A stretch of 60,499 bases of DNA from Mizuhopecten yessoensis (taxonomy: Eukaryota): NCBI RefSeq assembly GCF_002113885.1, contig NW_018408743.1:943516-1004014 (forward strand). Direction: 5' to 3'. The position numbers and the translations under genes were made by a program. A model generated the notes under the pieces. It was not told the origin of the DNA and did no database searches. It saw only the letters and a program-made list of their open reading frames with translations. Of this stretch, positions 25,002 through 37,869 are shown piece by piece; within the stretch, counting starts at the first letter, position 1; each line of letters begins with the position of its first letter.

Positions 25002-28000
25002 CTCTCACCTTAACTGTCCATGTTTTTAAAACTATTATCAACTGAATACAGAAATGATTTCAATGACCCTAATGTATGTATTTGCAGTAAAGTTTGTCCA
25101 GTGAAGATTTTTTTTAAAATTACTATAAAAAACAGAAAGTTTTGTTTATTTTTTACGTTTAAAGAAGATTGTTTTTGATAAATTTTAGTAGATGCAGTAA
25201 TTATTTTTGAAGAATGTAATTTTGATAAAAATTATTGATATGCAATACCTTATGATAGGTACATGTCTTTTACCTATACATATGGAATTTTCTAGGCCAT
25301 TGATTTCTGTTGATTTGCTCTACAAAACATTTGCTGACATACCCTGTAGATGAACCTCAGTTGCCACTGAGTCAAATGTTAGAGGTTCTTAAATATAGGT
25401 AATTATGTATGGAAAATGTGTTTATATGAAAAGAATTACCGAGCATCTCTCGTACATATCTATATACCTGTATCATAGGTTAGTAACTATTTACCTGTTG
25501 ACGAGATATCCCTGATGAGTTTATATATATACCTGAGTGAGGCACCTGATTGAGTCAGGTGTATAATTAGGGAAGATACCCGTTATCTACCTGTGAAAAT
25601 TTTGCCATACAAACATCCCACTCGGGGCAGACCCGACACCCGACCAGTGGGAGGTTGGACTGTATTGTTTATAAATTAACACTCCGCGATATGCGAAGAA
25701 TTCAAGAATTCGTAACCAGTCATGGCGGTAATCCCCAAATATACCCTTCACTTTTATCTGTGGTCAGTCGGGTCGATTATCAGGTAGGAAGTTTGTCACC
25801 TGTACGGTGGTCGTTAGGGTAATACAGGTGTGCTTGGTTACCCGTGGGTGTGAGAGGGACAGACAGTTGTTAGCCGCACCATTAGGCAGATACGGGAGCT
25901 GTCAGGGACCATTACTTATGAACAGGTCTTTTCGGTTTTCTGATTGGTCCATTAATCATGATGACCACTTTGTAATGACCACGAAGTGTACATCCATGTA
26001 TCCAACCCTTTCTCACGCTTCCATCACTCTCCAATTAACTCATTTCCCATTGCAAAAGATCAAACCATGCGATTTTGAGAATGTGGTCAGTTGTCCCAGG
26101 AACATGATAAATTGACAATATCTTCTTGAAAAAAACACATGACAAAACATAATCATCATAATAATGATTTTGTTTATCTATAATGTCTGAATTCAATACA
26201 TCTCCAAAAGTCATGTTTTGAATTTTCCATGTTATCTTAAACAATAAGTATGGTAAGAATTGATCAATTATTTGATCAGAGTCTTTTAAGTTTCCCCAAA
26301 ACATTCTTCATTAAAAAACTAAAATATGAATCAGTTTCATTATTCACTCTTTGCCAGCACAGGAATCTTTATATACTTACATTGAAGTGAAATATACATC
26401 CAGTTAAACTCCAGGTAAAAATCTACCAGGTGTACTATTAGGACCATATGGCTTGTTTGTTAACTGTTTCATATGGCGGTGTAACAAACAGGTGCTTTCA
26501 GTTTCTCCTTAGTTGATTACACATTACAGGTAAACCTAGATATGAAACCCTTTACTGAGGTTTTATCACGAAAATATGCACAAGGGCAGTCTAAATATCT
26601 ATAATATCTATGTTAATATATTGGGTTGCGTGAATTGCGGGATTATTTCATTCGACCTATTGATAGTGTGCAGTTTCTCATGAATAAAAATAGCCCCGAC
26701 TAAACAGCGTGGGAAAGTCTTGTGTGTTAGTTACTGTAATGATATCGGGCTAGTTGATTGCACGATAACGGGTATATATCATCATTTACATGGTGGCCAA
26801 TGACATCATCACGATTTGTTTCCTGTCTTTGATTCACAATTCTGGATATTAATCGGTTTCGGGTATAATTTTTTTAATGACAGAGGTCTCGATTAAACTT
26901 TATACCGACCTCTCATTTACGTTATGGGGATTCCAGAATCTGAACAACGGAAGGAGAAAATGACTCTAAAGGGTCGAGTACTTGGTCATTTCGAGTATTG
27001 GTACATTTGGTACAATGGCCAGCGACACCCACACTAGTCCTGTCGCCCCGGATTGTAAACACAGCCAAACAAACCACACCCCCTCTTTATAAAGTCAAAC
27101 ATGAAAGCTTGGGACCACTTCACCTATTAAAGAAATCTATAAATGATAACCAAGTCTCTAATGAACTGTGGCAGAGGGTCTGTCCCCCAGTCAGTTTGCT
27201 GTATTGATATGTGGAAATTAATTGGTAATATCAACATACCGACATGCCTGGAGTTTTTCAACCGACCGTTTATACTTTATTTACCAAACCTACTTACTGG
27301 GTCCCGCATGTTGATTTAGTATCGAAATGTCTTTTTTTTCCAAACTGATATTAAAAAGCATATTAAAATTTGAATAAATGAAAAATATAACTGTCTTTCA
27401 CAAGCAATAAATCAATAAGTTGAAAAAGATTATCAATGAAATAACATTTTTTCTTCAAGATTTAAATGTCCTGGTGGTTTTTTTCATCGGAGAACCATGT
27501 GTTTACTTTTAGGGGGGACAATTTGGCCCCTAAGTTAGGTTTTCTGGTGCAGACATGAGGGCTATAATGTCTCCAGCATGCTGCAGTACCCATATTCACA
27601 CTTTCTCCAATGAATCTCGCATAACAAAAATCGAGTTTCATTACAGTTCAGGCTGTATGATTTAAGTTTCCTACAGCGACATGATCTAACGCTTAAATCA
27701 TAAAAGATGTATAGACATTTGTGTGCAATTATTGCCCGTCTGCTACAAACATGTCCGACTTCCTGTCAGTTCTGTTACCAGAGTAACCAAAATGTCACCC
27801 CTGTCCGTTCCGACCAAATTATTATTCATGTGTTACTTTTTTAACCAAACAATGTTTATCACCAGATATTGTTCAATAGTTTCACTTTGGTTTCTCTATA
27901 TTCATAAGAATTATCACCAAATGACATTTTTGCAAAACACAGGGGCTTGACATTTAACCTAAGATCCCATAAGATTTTGTTTTATGTGAACATCAAAATA

Positions 28001-28372
28001 TTTCCTCTTGTTTTTCAAGAGGCTTAGGGCATACTGAAAAAGTTTTTATTTGCTTGGAGATTGTTCATCATAATGATTTACATGATGAATACTTTATCTT
28101 GCCCGACACACAAGGATGATGGGGTACACTAAATATAAAACAGCTGTGCTTGTTAAAAAATTGATTAACCTTTCTAGAGGACTAGACATACTAATTTTAT
28201 CAGAAATTACACCAGAAACAAATCAAAATGACATTACATTTTTTCCCCAGATATCTGTAAGAGAAATTACAAGTGCATATACAGAAAATTTAGTTTACCG
28301 CCCCCCCCTCTCCCCCCTAAAAAACAAAAGTGATAACAAAATCACAAAAAAAATCATTCAGAAATATCCACC

Positions 28373-28523
28373 GGTTGTATATGCTCCCAGGGAGTTGAGA
28401 AATGTATTGTCTGGTTGCAAAGGCACTATAACCATGGATAATAATTTGTGAACCACTTTGAGACGACCTACGAACTAGGTTGTGATAAAGCGGTATATAA
28501 GAACCTCAAATTAGTATTATTAC
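28373..28523 (+). mobile_element. 3' portion of a SINE with LINE-like tail
   Basis: tgtatatgctcccagggagttgag ... tgtgaaccactttgagacg ... gataaagcggtatataagaacc ... tattattacta resembles the AAGCGCTTTGAG..AAAGCGCTATATAA..(TAT)n tail of L2/CR1-mobilised SINEs. Family not determined. Confidence 0.6.
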
Positions 28524-30312
28524 TATATGAAATTATTTTACCTTACCCAAGTTTTTTGTGTGAAGTAGGCTTATAACGATAGATAGGCTTACAAGACAAA
28601 ATATGGTACAATGTATCCGTTATGTGTTTTTAATCAGTAAATAATATCCAGAAAGTCCCTAAGTCAGTGTGGTGCCATTTTACCATGATGTAGAAATGGC
28701 CATCAGGGGTCACCCAGTGTTTACCATACAGAAGATTTCTACATCTGTTTAATAGTGGAACAAGATAACCTCTCTTATCTTTAATACGATTTCAACCCAA
28801 TAAAAACCCTGTCCCTCTGATAATCTAATCTTTCATTATAATGCTAAAAAGCTTTTTTGTGTTCATTAAAATAATTCAGAGATATGACATATTCCGAAAA
28901 TTACTTCAAGATTACATATGATAGGATGTGTCGATTGCAGATAAGTTGTGACTGGGTTGTCTGCCCTTTGTCGGGCCAAGAGAAGGCCAAGTACTCTGTA
29001 ATTATGACTGGCTGCAGACCAATGTGTCCGACATGCCACAAGACAGACCACTCTGCACCGCCCTTAAGAGGTAACTAATTGTTCGTCTCTGATGGCAGAG
29101 CTGCACGTTGGGTCCTACAATTGTTTTTCTGGCCGTGGTTTGGCTGCGGCGACTGTTTATCTTGTGTGATGTTTTGGGGGTGAAGGCACATCAGACATTC
29201 GGTCGGAGACAGAAGTCGAAGTCAGGCTAATCGACAGCTCTGTCAGAAACTTTGTTTCGGTGTACCCCGGTGTCATGCAACCTTTGGGCTAATTGGGCCA
29301 CTTAAAGGCATACCCCGTCTAATAGCTACACTACGGAGAAACCACTTCTACTTCTACAAAAGAAAAGCAATGCAGCATTTCACAAAGAAAATTTGATTTT
29401 ATTGGATACAAGAGCTCAGTATACGATTCCCAATTATACGCTGTCACATGTAGTTCATTCTGACTGCTGCTAACCAAACACTGATGTAGTATTGTGCAAG
29501 GTTCCTGCACCAGTCAAACCCAGTCACTCTGGAGATGTACAGGTTTGGTATGTCAGACTCAGGATAATCTGTTTTGAATATCGATAAAGCAGTCACTTTG
29601 AAAGAAAATATAAAAAGTTTATGATTCCAATAAAAAATATAAGCCATTTTGAATTTTTTAAAGAATAAACTATTTTTACCGGTATTTGCAATCCTAATAA
29701 AACTTTAGTTACGTTTTTTATTTAAATGTTGTTGAGCATGTGTTCTCCATTCAATCTGGATCTTATTAATTTGATTTAATGGCAATATATTCAATAGAAA
29801 TGGAAAAATAAGAACTTACAAAAGAAAGCTATGTTCGTCTTGGCTGAACTTAATTGTTTTCCTGAGATGAAACTAAAGATGTCCTATATCTAGTCTTTAA
29901 CACTGTCTTTATTCTAACAAGAAAGTTAAATTTTCAATATAATATCATTTAATTGGTTGCATGAAGGGCTAAAATTTCTAAAAATAACCATTTTCCATCC
30001 AGGTTGAGTGAGAATTTCATGGTTTTCGTCTGTGTATTTTATTCTATTTTGAGGGCGAAATCTACTTGGTTCCCTGTACCGGATTCACTGGAGTTAAAGA
30101 CACTAATCTTGTCATCTCTGGGCAATAAAGAACCCCACATTATAAGGGTGGGCTTTGTGTCGGGGAAGCTGAAAGTATATGCTGTGAGGCGCCTCCCTCC
30201 GCTTGAGGTTACACAGACCAGTGTGACTATGCTATGGAAACGCTGCCATTGATAACAAACACAGCAATGTTCAGTATCAGAGAAACTCTTAATTCCTCAT
30301 ACCTGAACTTCC

Positions 30313-31393
30313 CCCTAGTAACACCTACATAACAGTTCCTGGTATACCCTAGTAACACCTACATAACAGTTCCTGGTATACCCTGGTATCACCTACATAA
30401 CAGTTCCTGGTATACCCTAGTATCACCTACATAACAGTTCCTGGTAAACCCTGGTATCACCTACATAACAGTTCCTGGTATACCCAGGTATCACCTACAT
30501 AAAAGTTCCTGGTATATCCTAGTATCACATACATAACAGTTCCTGGTATATCCTAGTATCACATACATATCAGTTCCTGGTATACCCTAGTATCACCTAC
30601 ATAACAGTTCCCGGTAAACCCTGGTATCACCTACATAACAGTTCCTGGTATATCCTAGTATCACATACATATCAGTTCCTGGTATACCCTAGTATCACCT
30701 ACATAACAGTTCCTAGTAAACCCTGGTATCACCTACATAACAGTTCCTGGTATACCCAAGTATCGCCTACATAACAGTTCCTGGTATACCCTAGTATCAC
30801 ATACATAATAGTTCCTGGTATACCCTAATAACACATACATAACAGTTCCTGGTATACCTTAGTATCACATACATAATAGTTCCTGGTATACCCTAATAAC
30901 ACATACATAACAGTTCCTGGTATACCTTAGTATCACATACATAATAGTTCCTGGTATACCCTAATAACACATACATAACAGTTCCTGGTATACCTTAGTA
31001 TCACATACATAACAGTGCCTGGTATACCTTAGTATCACATACATAACAGTGCCTGGTATACCTTAGTATCACATACATAACAGTGCCTGGTATACCTTAG
31101 TATCACATACATAACAGTGCCTGGTATACCTTAGTATCACATACATAACAGTTCTTGGTATACCCTAGTAACACATACATAAAAGGACCTGGTATACCTT
31201 AGTATCACATACATAACAGTGCCTGGTATACCTTAGTATCACATACATAACAGTGCCTGGTATACCTTAGTATCACATACATAACAGTTGCTGGTATACC
31301 CTAGTAACACCTACATAACAGTTCCTAGTATACCCTATAGTAACACCTACATAACAGTTCCTAGTATACCCTAGTAACACCTACATAACAGCT
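30313..31393 (+). repeat. 34-bp minisatellite, ~32 copies, degenerate tail to ~31680
   Basis: Unit CCCTAGTATCACCTACATAACAGTTCCTGGTATA, with block-wise variants (cacct to cacat, gttcc to gtgcc). Confidence 0.97.
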
Positions 31394-31794
31394 ACAGTCT
31401 ACTCCATTTACCTGTCCTAATACATAATATGTCCAGTTATTGTATGTTGTACAGCACAATCTTTCCTAGTGTCACTGTACTCCAGTCATTATCTGTCCTA
31501 GTTGTATCCTTGTGAGCCACTAAATTAGACCTTGTGCATTAGTGCTATACACAATCTGTCCTAACTCTACAAAACCTGTGTTACTGGGACAGAACACTAC
31601 ATAATCTTTCCTAGTGTCCCTAATGATCAACACACCCTGTCCTAGTGTCCTAGTTTTCCACAAAATCTGTCCTTAATCATTTGGTGTACTGGTACTTATA
31701 ACAGGGCAGGTGATTTTAGAATTTAAATAATATTTTGAATAACATGCATTGTACAATTAAGTAGCTTATGTGCAGACTATAATGTGACACTTAA

Positions 31795-31975
31795 TATCTT
31801 TGATTGGCTATTTATTGGATGTATCAGACAATCCGATTGGTTGTGAGATGTATCAGAATCTCTGATTGGCTATATTTGATATGACAAATCAGGCTCTCTG
31901 ATTGGCTTATTGATGTGATATCATATACAACTCAAATGTTGACGATTGAACAATCAGCTTAACAGTGATTGGGGA
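31795..31975 (+). promoter_or_regulatory. Cluster of co-oriented ATTGG (CCAAT-box) motifs in degenerate repeat
   Basis: tgattggcta, tattggat, cgattggttg, tgattggcta, tgattggctt and tgattgggg occur within 180 bp. Confidence 0.4.
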
Positions 31976-33155
31976 GGCGAGGAGATACAGGCCGATTACA
32001 GCAGGATACAGTTGATGAGCGGCAACGATTGTCAGAACCTGACATTATTTATCAGAGTAGATGTCAAACTGCTAGTAAAGCGTATCAATATCTGATCTTA
32101 CTGCCTATCCATCAGTCTCTGAAACTATCGCCGATCTGATATACACGCCACATATACACTGCGGTATATATCTCATCTTAACGCAACAAACACAACCATT
32201 TTTTTTTTTACATTTTTGCTTTGGTATTCCATTGTTTTTAATAAAGAAAAGGCGGCTTGGCGTGATATGACGACGACTGGGATGGTCAGACCGTACAGAA
32301 ATACTGCTGCACCAGACATCACCACACACACGAGCTGTACTTTGATAATTGTGACAAATCTAAACTTCCCACACTTTTTGTTATCATTCTTTGGAGGGCT
32401 GACATTCTAGTAAACAAGTTAAGAGGAATGGTGATAGAATTAACGACACTCAGGATTAATCTCTTGCATGTTCTGTTAGATATCCTTTTTAAAATATTTT
32501 TGGCTTCGATTCAAGTCTAATTGCGTTTTCACAGACATGTGTAAATACTGCTGTATTATGATACATACAAATATATCAAGAATCCATTTCAAAGCTAGGA
32601 GGCAGTCACGAGGGAAGACATAACCTTCCGCTGTATCACCATATTACACATGCTGGTTAAACACTCAGCTAGAGGGTGACAGTGTGTTCCATTCCTCCTC
32701 GGAGAAAGTCTGTGGTACCAAACCATGCTGTACCGTCAAGCTGATAAAGTCAGGGCCTCAAAGCATTGTCAGCTTTATAAATCATAAGATAAAATTTTAC
32801 ATTTTATTTTTTGGTTGTAAATTTCTCATAATGTTCAAATATTTTCAGATATCTTGTTTTCAGCAAAATTGGATTGATCTATACACAGTTTTCATCTGCT
32901 TGGACAGATTATTTTAGAGCAATTATGTTTCTGGTTTTTTTCTCTTTTTATTTTAAACAATGTCTTACTGCAATGGTTTTATTTGAGAATTCATATTTTG
33001 ACATTCAAGGGTATATCAGATAAATCTCAGCACAATCAAAAGTGTCCTCTTTAATCAAGCAAATGTGTCATCTTAAACCAATCAAAAGACTACTCTTGCA
33101 ATAATTTTGTAAAACATAAATGTGTCCCATTTTGCTTTGATGAAAGTGGAGCTTA

Positions 33156-33245
33156 TTAACTCATTCACCCCTAAAGACACATTTGAACTCTTCCAATTCA
33201 AGGTTGGAATAGTTCATTATGAAATTTCAGGGGTGAATGAGTTAA
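33156..33245 (+). mobile_element. TTAA-flanked MITE family B (90 bp)
   Basis: TTAA-CTCATTCACCCCT ... AGGGGTGAATGAG-TTAA perfect TIR. An inverted copy lies at 35382-35472. Confidence 0.85.
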
Positions 33246-33304
33246 TGCAATGTCCAATCATAGTGAGTGAAGCAGAATATTTAATGGTGTAGTACAGCAC
33301 AAAA

Positions 33305-34007
33305 TGAATCCATATATAGTGTTTGATGACCATACAACATCTAGTTGAAGAGAAATGAAGTTAAATGCAAGTTCTATCAAAGATGTCATACTGTTGGGTG
33401 GACAGACGGATGTACAGACTGATGGATGGATAGACAGACAGAAGTACAGACTGATGGATGGATAGCCAAACAGAAGTACAGACTGATGTATGGATAGACA
33501 GAGTACAGACTGATGGATGGATAGACAGACAGAAGTACAGACTGATGTATGGATAGACAGACAGAAGTACAGACTGATGTATGGATAGACAGAGTACAGA
33601 CTGATGTATGGATAGCCAGACAGAAGTACAGACTGATGTATGGATAGACAGACAGAAGTACAGACTGATGTATGGACAGACAGACAGAAGTACAGACTGA
33701 TGGATGGATAGACAGACAGAGTACAGACTGATGTATGGATAGCCGGACAGAAGTACAGACTGATGGATGGACAGACAGACAGAAAACAGACTGATGGATG
33801 GATAGACAGACAGAAGTACAGACTGATGGATGGACAGACAGACAGAAGTACAGACTGATGGATGGACAGACAGACAGAAGTACAGACTGATGGATGGATA
33901 GTCGGACAGAAGTATAGACTGATGGATGGACAGACAGACCTGATGGATAGACAGACTCAGAAAGCAAACACTGAACACCCCCTCCACTATATATAGCAGG
34001 GGCATAA
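33305..34007 (+). mobile_element. Helentron-associated (HINE/pearl/DINE-1-like) element with expanded internal repeat
   Basis: Core-like 5' part, then a GACA/GATG-derived tandem array, then a 3' GC stem-loop cccct-ccactatatatagc-agggg followed by cataa. This architecture matches known HINE-type elements; family assignment is inferred. Confidence 0.5.
33400..33955 (+). repeat. 32-bp (and 27-bp variant) tandem repeat derived from GACA/GATG tetranucleotides
   Basis: Unit GACAGAAGTACAGACTGATG[G/T]ATGGATAGACA, ~17-18 copies. Confidence 0.95.
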
Positions 34008-35299
34008 GTTTATCAGCAGATCTTTTTTTTTTTTAATATTGCTTTTTTAATCCTTTGCGTGACAATGCATAATTAAAATAAACATTTCACACCTATCCAC
34101 ATCTATTTCCCAGACAGAAATTGCCGGTTGTATGTCAGTGGGTTAGGAGTTTTTGTAATGGTTTCGGCCTCTCACTGCTGTTTATAGGACCAGTATCTCA
34201 CCAACCTGATCTGTATCAGAAGTCACCCAAACATAATACATACACCGGTACATAAACCTCCTCACTATCTCTTACATTGGGGCCAATTTGCCAATCCACA
34301 GACAATACTGTCTGGTCCCGTTTTGAGGTCAATCTAAAGAAATTGATAGGAAGACAATATATTTACAGCCAGATAGTATAGAGGTGGTATTTTTTCAGAC
34401 ATTGAGGCATCTGTAGGGGTCAATCTAAAAATATGAAGTTCAAGGGTTATTTGGTGACCAGTGATGACTCATTGTTCAATCTAAAGCCGGTAAGGTCAGA
34501 GGCTGGAAACCATGCAGTGGTAAGAAATATTGTCCATTCATTGTCAAGATAAGCCATAGTGTTAGTCAATGAAAAGACTTGGGACCAGGTAATAGTAAGG
34601 TTAAAAAAAAGGGGGGGGGGGGGGGGGGGGGGAAGGGGCAAATAGGCCAAAGGTTATTTAAGAGTTTGCTAATGTAGCAATTAAGCACTAGCAACACCAC
34701 AGGGAAGGAATTAAAAGGTCAAAGGTTAGGAAATACAAGGTCATATGTTTATAAGCAAATACAAATGTCACAGCTAGTAGTTCATAACTACAAATAATGG
34801 GTTAGGATTCACAAGGTCGAAGGTAAGGAAGAAAAAGGTCAAAGGTTATGAAATACAAGGTCACTACATAAAGGTCAAAGCTAAGAAACAGCAACAATCA
34901 GGAAGGTCAAAGTTTGCATGAATACCTGAAAAAGTATAAATTTCCTTCGAATAGACAATAAATGGTTGAGGATAGAAGTGCATTAAGGCTAATGATGAGG
35001 CATTTGTGTCAGATCCAGCGCATATAGATACTTCATTCAACAGGACAATCTCCTGTATACACATATTACATACTGTAATCACAGGAGAATTTCTGGGTGG
35101 GTATTTATAGCCGGATGGTATGCCAGTTGATCTGGTGTTGTGGTGGTGCTCAGGGATTTTATTGGTAAAGGGATCAGTGCTTATTTATGTACTAGACTAG
35201 TTACCGCAACGATGCCACGTATACCAACGTCCTGTATGACACATTTCAACAAACATATGATATTCAATTCCCTGTCATTATAAGAGGTCACCATTTTTG

Positions 35300-35625
35300 A
35301 CATAGCACCTTTCTTCGTGAACCACCTTTCTTAAGGGACCACCTGTTTTAAAAATATACCTGTCTTGAGAAACAATCCATCTTAACTCATTCACCCCTGA
35401 AATTTCATAATGAACTATACCAACCATTGAAATGGAAGAGTTCAAAGGTGTCTTCAGGGGTTAGTGAGTTGAGAGACCAGCTGTTTTGAGATACTCTCTC
35501 TTGAGATACATACATTTACTTTCACAATTCTTGTCCTAAAAGCTAGACTACCTGTCTTGGATTCGTGCCTCAAGTAAACACCTGTATTGATGAGAAACTA
35601 CGGTACCTGTCACATCTTAGGGACA
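35300..35625 (+). repeat. Degenerate GAGACCACCTGTCTT-like subrepeats (probable old MITE), interrupted by MITE family B
   Basis: accacctttcttaagggaccacctgtttt, tacctgtcttgaga, gagaccagctgttttgaga, ctacctgtcttgg, cacctgtattga. Confidence 0.45.
35382..35472 (-). mobile_element. TTAA-flanked MITE family B, second copy (inverted)
   Basis: ttaactcattcacccctgaaatttcataatgaacta...tcttcaggggttagtgagttga is the reverse complement of 33156-33245 with scattered mismatches. Confidence 0.85.
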
Positions 35626-36356
35626 CTTTCTTAATTATTTTCGTTAATTATCAAAGACAAATTGAAGTCTACTAGCTATCTTCTTGGCAATACTGTAATA
35701 TTGCCTAAGGTATGGTTCATATTTGTCATATCGTATATTAGGTAAGTAAGTATGTGTAATTCATTAATTATCCAAATCCAATTGTGTTAAAATAATAAAC
35801 ATATATTAATATATACATTGCATAAACTACTACATCATGTTCTGTTTAGAAAGGACCTGCATGCTTTTTATTTTTCAAAATTCCAAAATCAGCTTTCATT
35901 TTGACATAAAGCAATAAAGAGTTAAATGTTTGTTTAATGTTCTTTTTAACAATTGTCCTGGCCTGGTAGTGTACCCGTATCGATTTGAGGATAAACAAGC
36001 TATTCCTGTAGGTTTCTGTACCAAGTATTTGTTGGGTCAATTAAGGGCTCCCCACAGTTTCCTCATACAGAATGGCTTATTGGGCAAATCAGAAAGTCAA
36101 ACACTTGAGCTATTTATCAGACCTGCCATATTGGAAACCTGCTGGCCTATCTTACAAGCCTCTGTCCTCATACAATGGTGCGGGCTATAGAGGAGAGAGA
36201 CATTAGTTCCTTCACACACAGACACACCGGCACACTGTCTCTACTTCCATACATACCTAGGGGTTTTCAGGACTCCTTAGTACATTATCCTATAGATGCA
36301 TGCCAAGTTCCTGACTTACTGGACTTGGTCCAAGATCTGATCTCCAGTACCATGTC

Positions 36357-36846
36357 CCACAGAAGTCTCAGAGTCACAGAGACTCACAGAGTCACAGAGT
36401 CTCAAAGTCACAGAGACTCACAGAGTCTCAGAGTCACAGAGACTCACAGTTTCACAGAAGTCACAGAGTCTCAGAGTCTCAGAGACTCACAGAAGTCACA
36501 GAGACTCACAGAAGTCACAGAGTCACAGAGACTCACAGTTTCACAGAAGTCTCAGAGTCACAGAGACTCAAAGTTTCACAGAAGTCACAGAGTCACAGAG
36601 ACTCGAAGTTTCACAGAAGTCACAGAGTCACAGAGACTCACAGTTTCACAGTTTCACAGAAGTCACAGAGTCACAGAGACTCACAGTTTCACAGAAGTCT
36701 CAGAGTCACAGAGACTCACAGTTTCACAGTTTCACAGTTTCACAGAAGTCACAGAGTCACAGAGACTCACTGTTTCACAGAAGTCACAGAGTCACAAAGA
36801 CTCACAGTTTCACAGAAGTCTCAGAGTCACAGAGACTCACAGTTTC
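36357..36846 (+). repeat. Compound minisatellite (~35 bp) built of CACAG-based 8-10 bp subunits
   Basis: Subunits CACAGAGT, CACAGAGACT, CACAGTTT and CACAGAAGT are shuffled in tandem. Confidence 0.95.
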
Positions 36847-37059
36847 CCAACCAAACTCTCAGATGAAGTTTCTAGAATTTTCCAATATTTGTTTGTAAAC
36901 AGAAGAGCAGTCTCATTTCCAAAACTCAGGTAAAGTGGATGCAGTGTACCTGTACTGCTGGTGTTACCTGACAGGTGAGAACCACCTGTATATCTTTGGC
37001 AGCCTCCGTAGCATCTCCCTGTGACCACACAGTGCAGTAAACCTATATCTCCTTGCTGC

Positions 37060-37490
37060 TGTCACTCAGCCTATACCTCCCTCTGGCTGTCTGTGTTCCT
37101 TCCTATGTCTATCTATTCAGATAAACCACATTCGATATGTCTCTTTTCCTGTATATGTCCATCCCATCTTCTTTCTATCTTTCTATAATAATCTTGTCTG
37201 TCTGTCTATCGCCTCCTCCTCCTCTGTTCCTGCTTACGGCTGTCTATTCCTCCCTCGTTATTTTTATCTTTTCCTTAAACCTGTCAATTATATCGGAGCT
37301 ATTATGTATTTTTTTTACACTTCTATGTGTCTATCATTTGTGTATAGAGTTACTCCTCCTTGGAAGGCTCCTCCTCGGTTCCTTCTTTGAGTCTTTGTCC
37401 CCAGACCTCCTCCTTACCCGTCTATCTGTCTGTCTATCTGGTGTATATGTCTACCTGTCTGTCTATCAATCCTCTCGCTGCTGTCTCTGG
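37060..37490 (+). repeat. Pyrimidine-rich low-complexity tract (decayed TCTG/TCTA/CCT)
   Basis: tgtctgtctatc, cctcctcctcct, tctatctgtctgtctatctg. Confidence 0.6.
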
Positions 37491-37869
37491 GTGAGTTCCA
37501 GAGACCAGTGAACTCTAGCCGATTTGGCCTGACTTTAGCCTGATGGGGGAACAGGTTGTTGTTTTTACACCCGCGTTTATGTAAGGGATTGGGAGAGCCA
37601 AACTCTACTCACAGAGATGAAAGAGGCCCACAGACAAACACCAGGCAGGTCGTCTGATAAGGAGGATATAAACGATGTCAAAGTTTGGGAAATGTCTTTG
37701 CTACTGAGGCTATTCAGATCCTACTAACACAGGAAGGAGATAACTGGGGCTGAAATTGTCCACCCTAGGTGTACTGCTAGTGTCCTCTGGAGAAGTCAGG
37801 TGTCCGAACACATATGGTATAAAACCTGGAAAATGATGTGTACAATTCAGAAGCTAAAGTCTTAAATCT

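Noticed and set aside
25340-25351. 12-nt match to miR-10 5' end
   Set aside because: The rest of the mature sequence and the hairpin are absent.
29302-29900. Possible Kolobok-like TTAAAG...CTTTAA element
   Set aside because: The termini do not form a convincing inverted repeat beyond 6 nt.
33361-34005. 214-aa and 193-aa minus-strand ORFs
   Set aside because: Translations of the 32-bp tandem repeat. They are open in several frames with no protein features.
36175-36933. 252-aa ORF (longest in window)
   Set aside because: Mostly the stop-free CACAG minisatellite; the peptide cycles through frames of the repeat.
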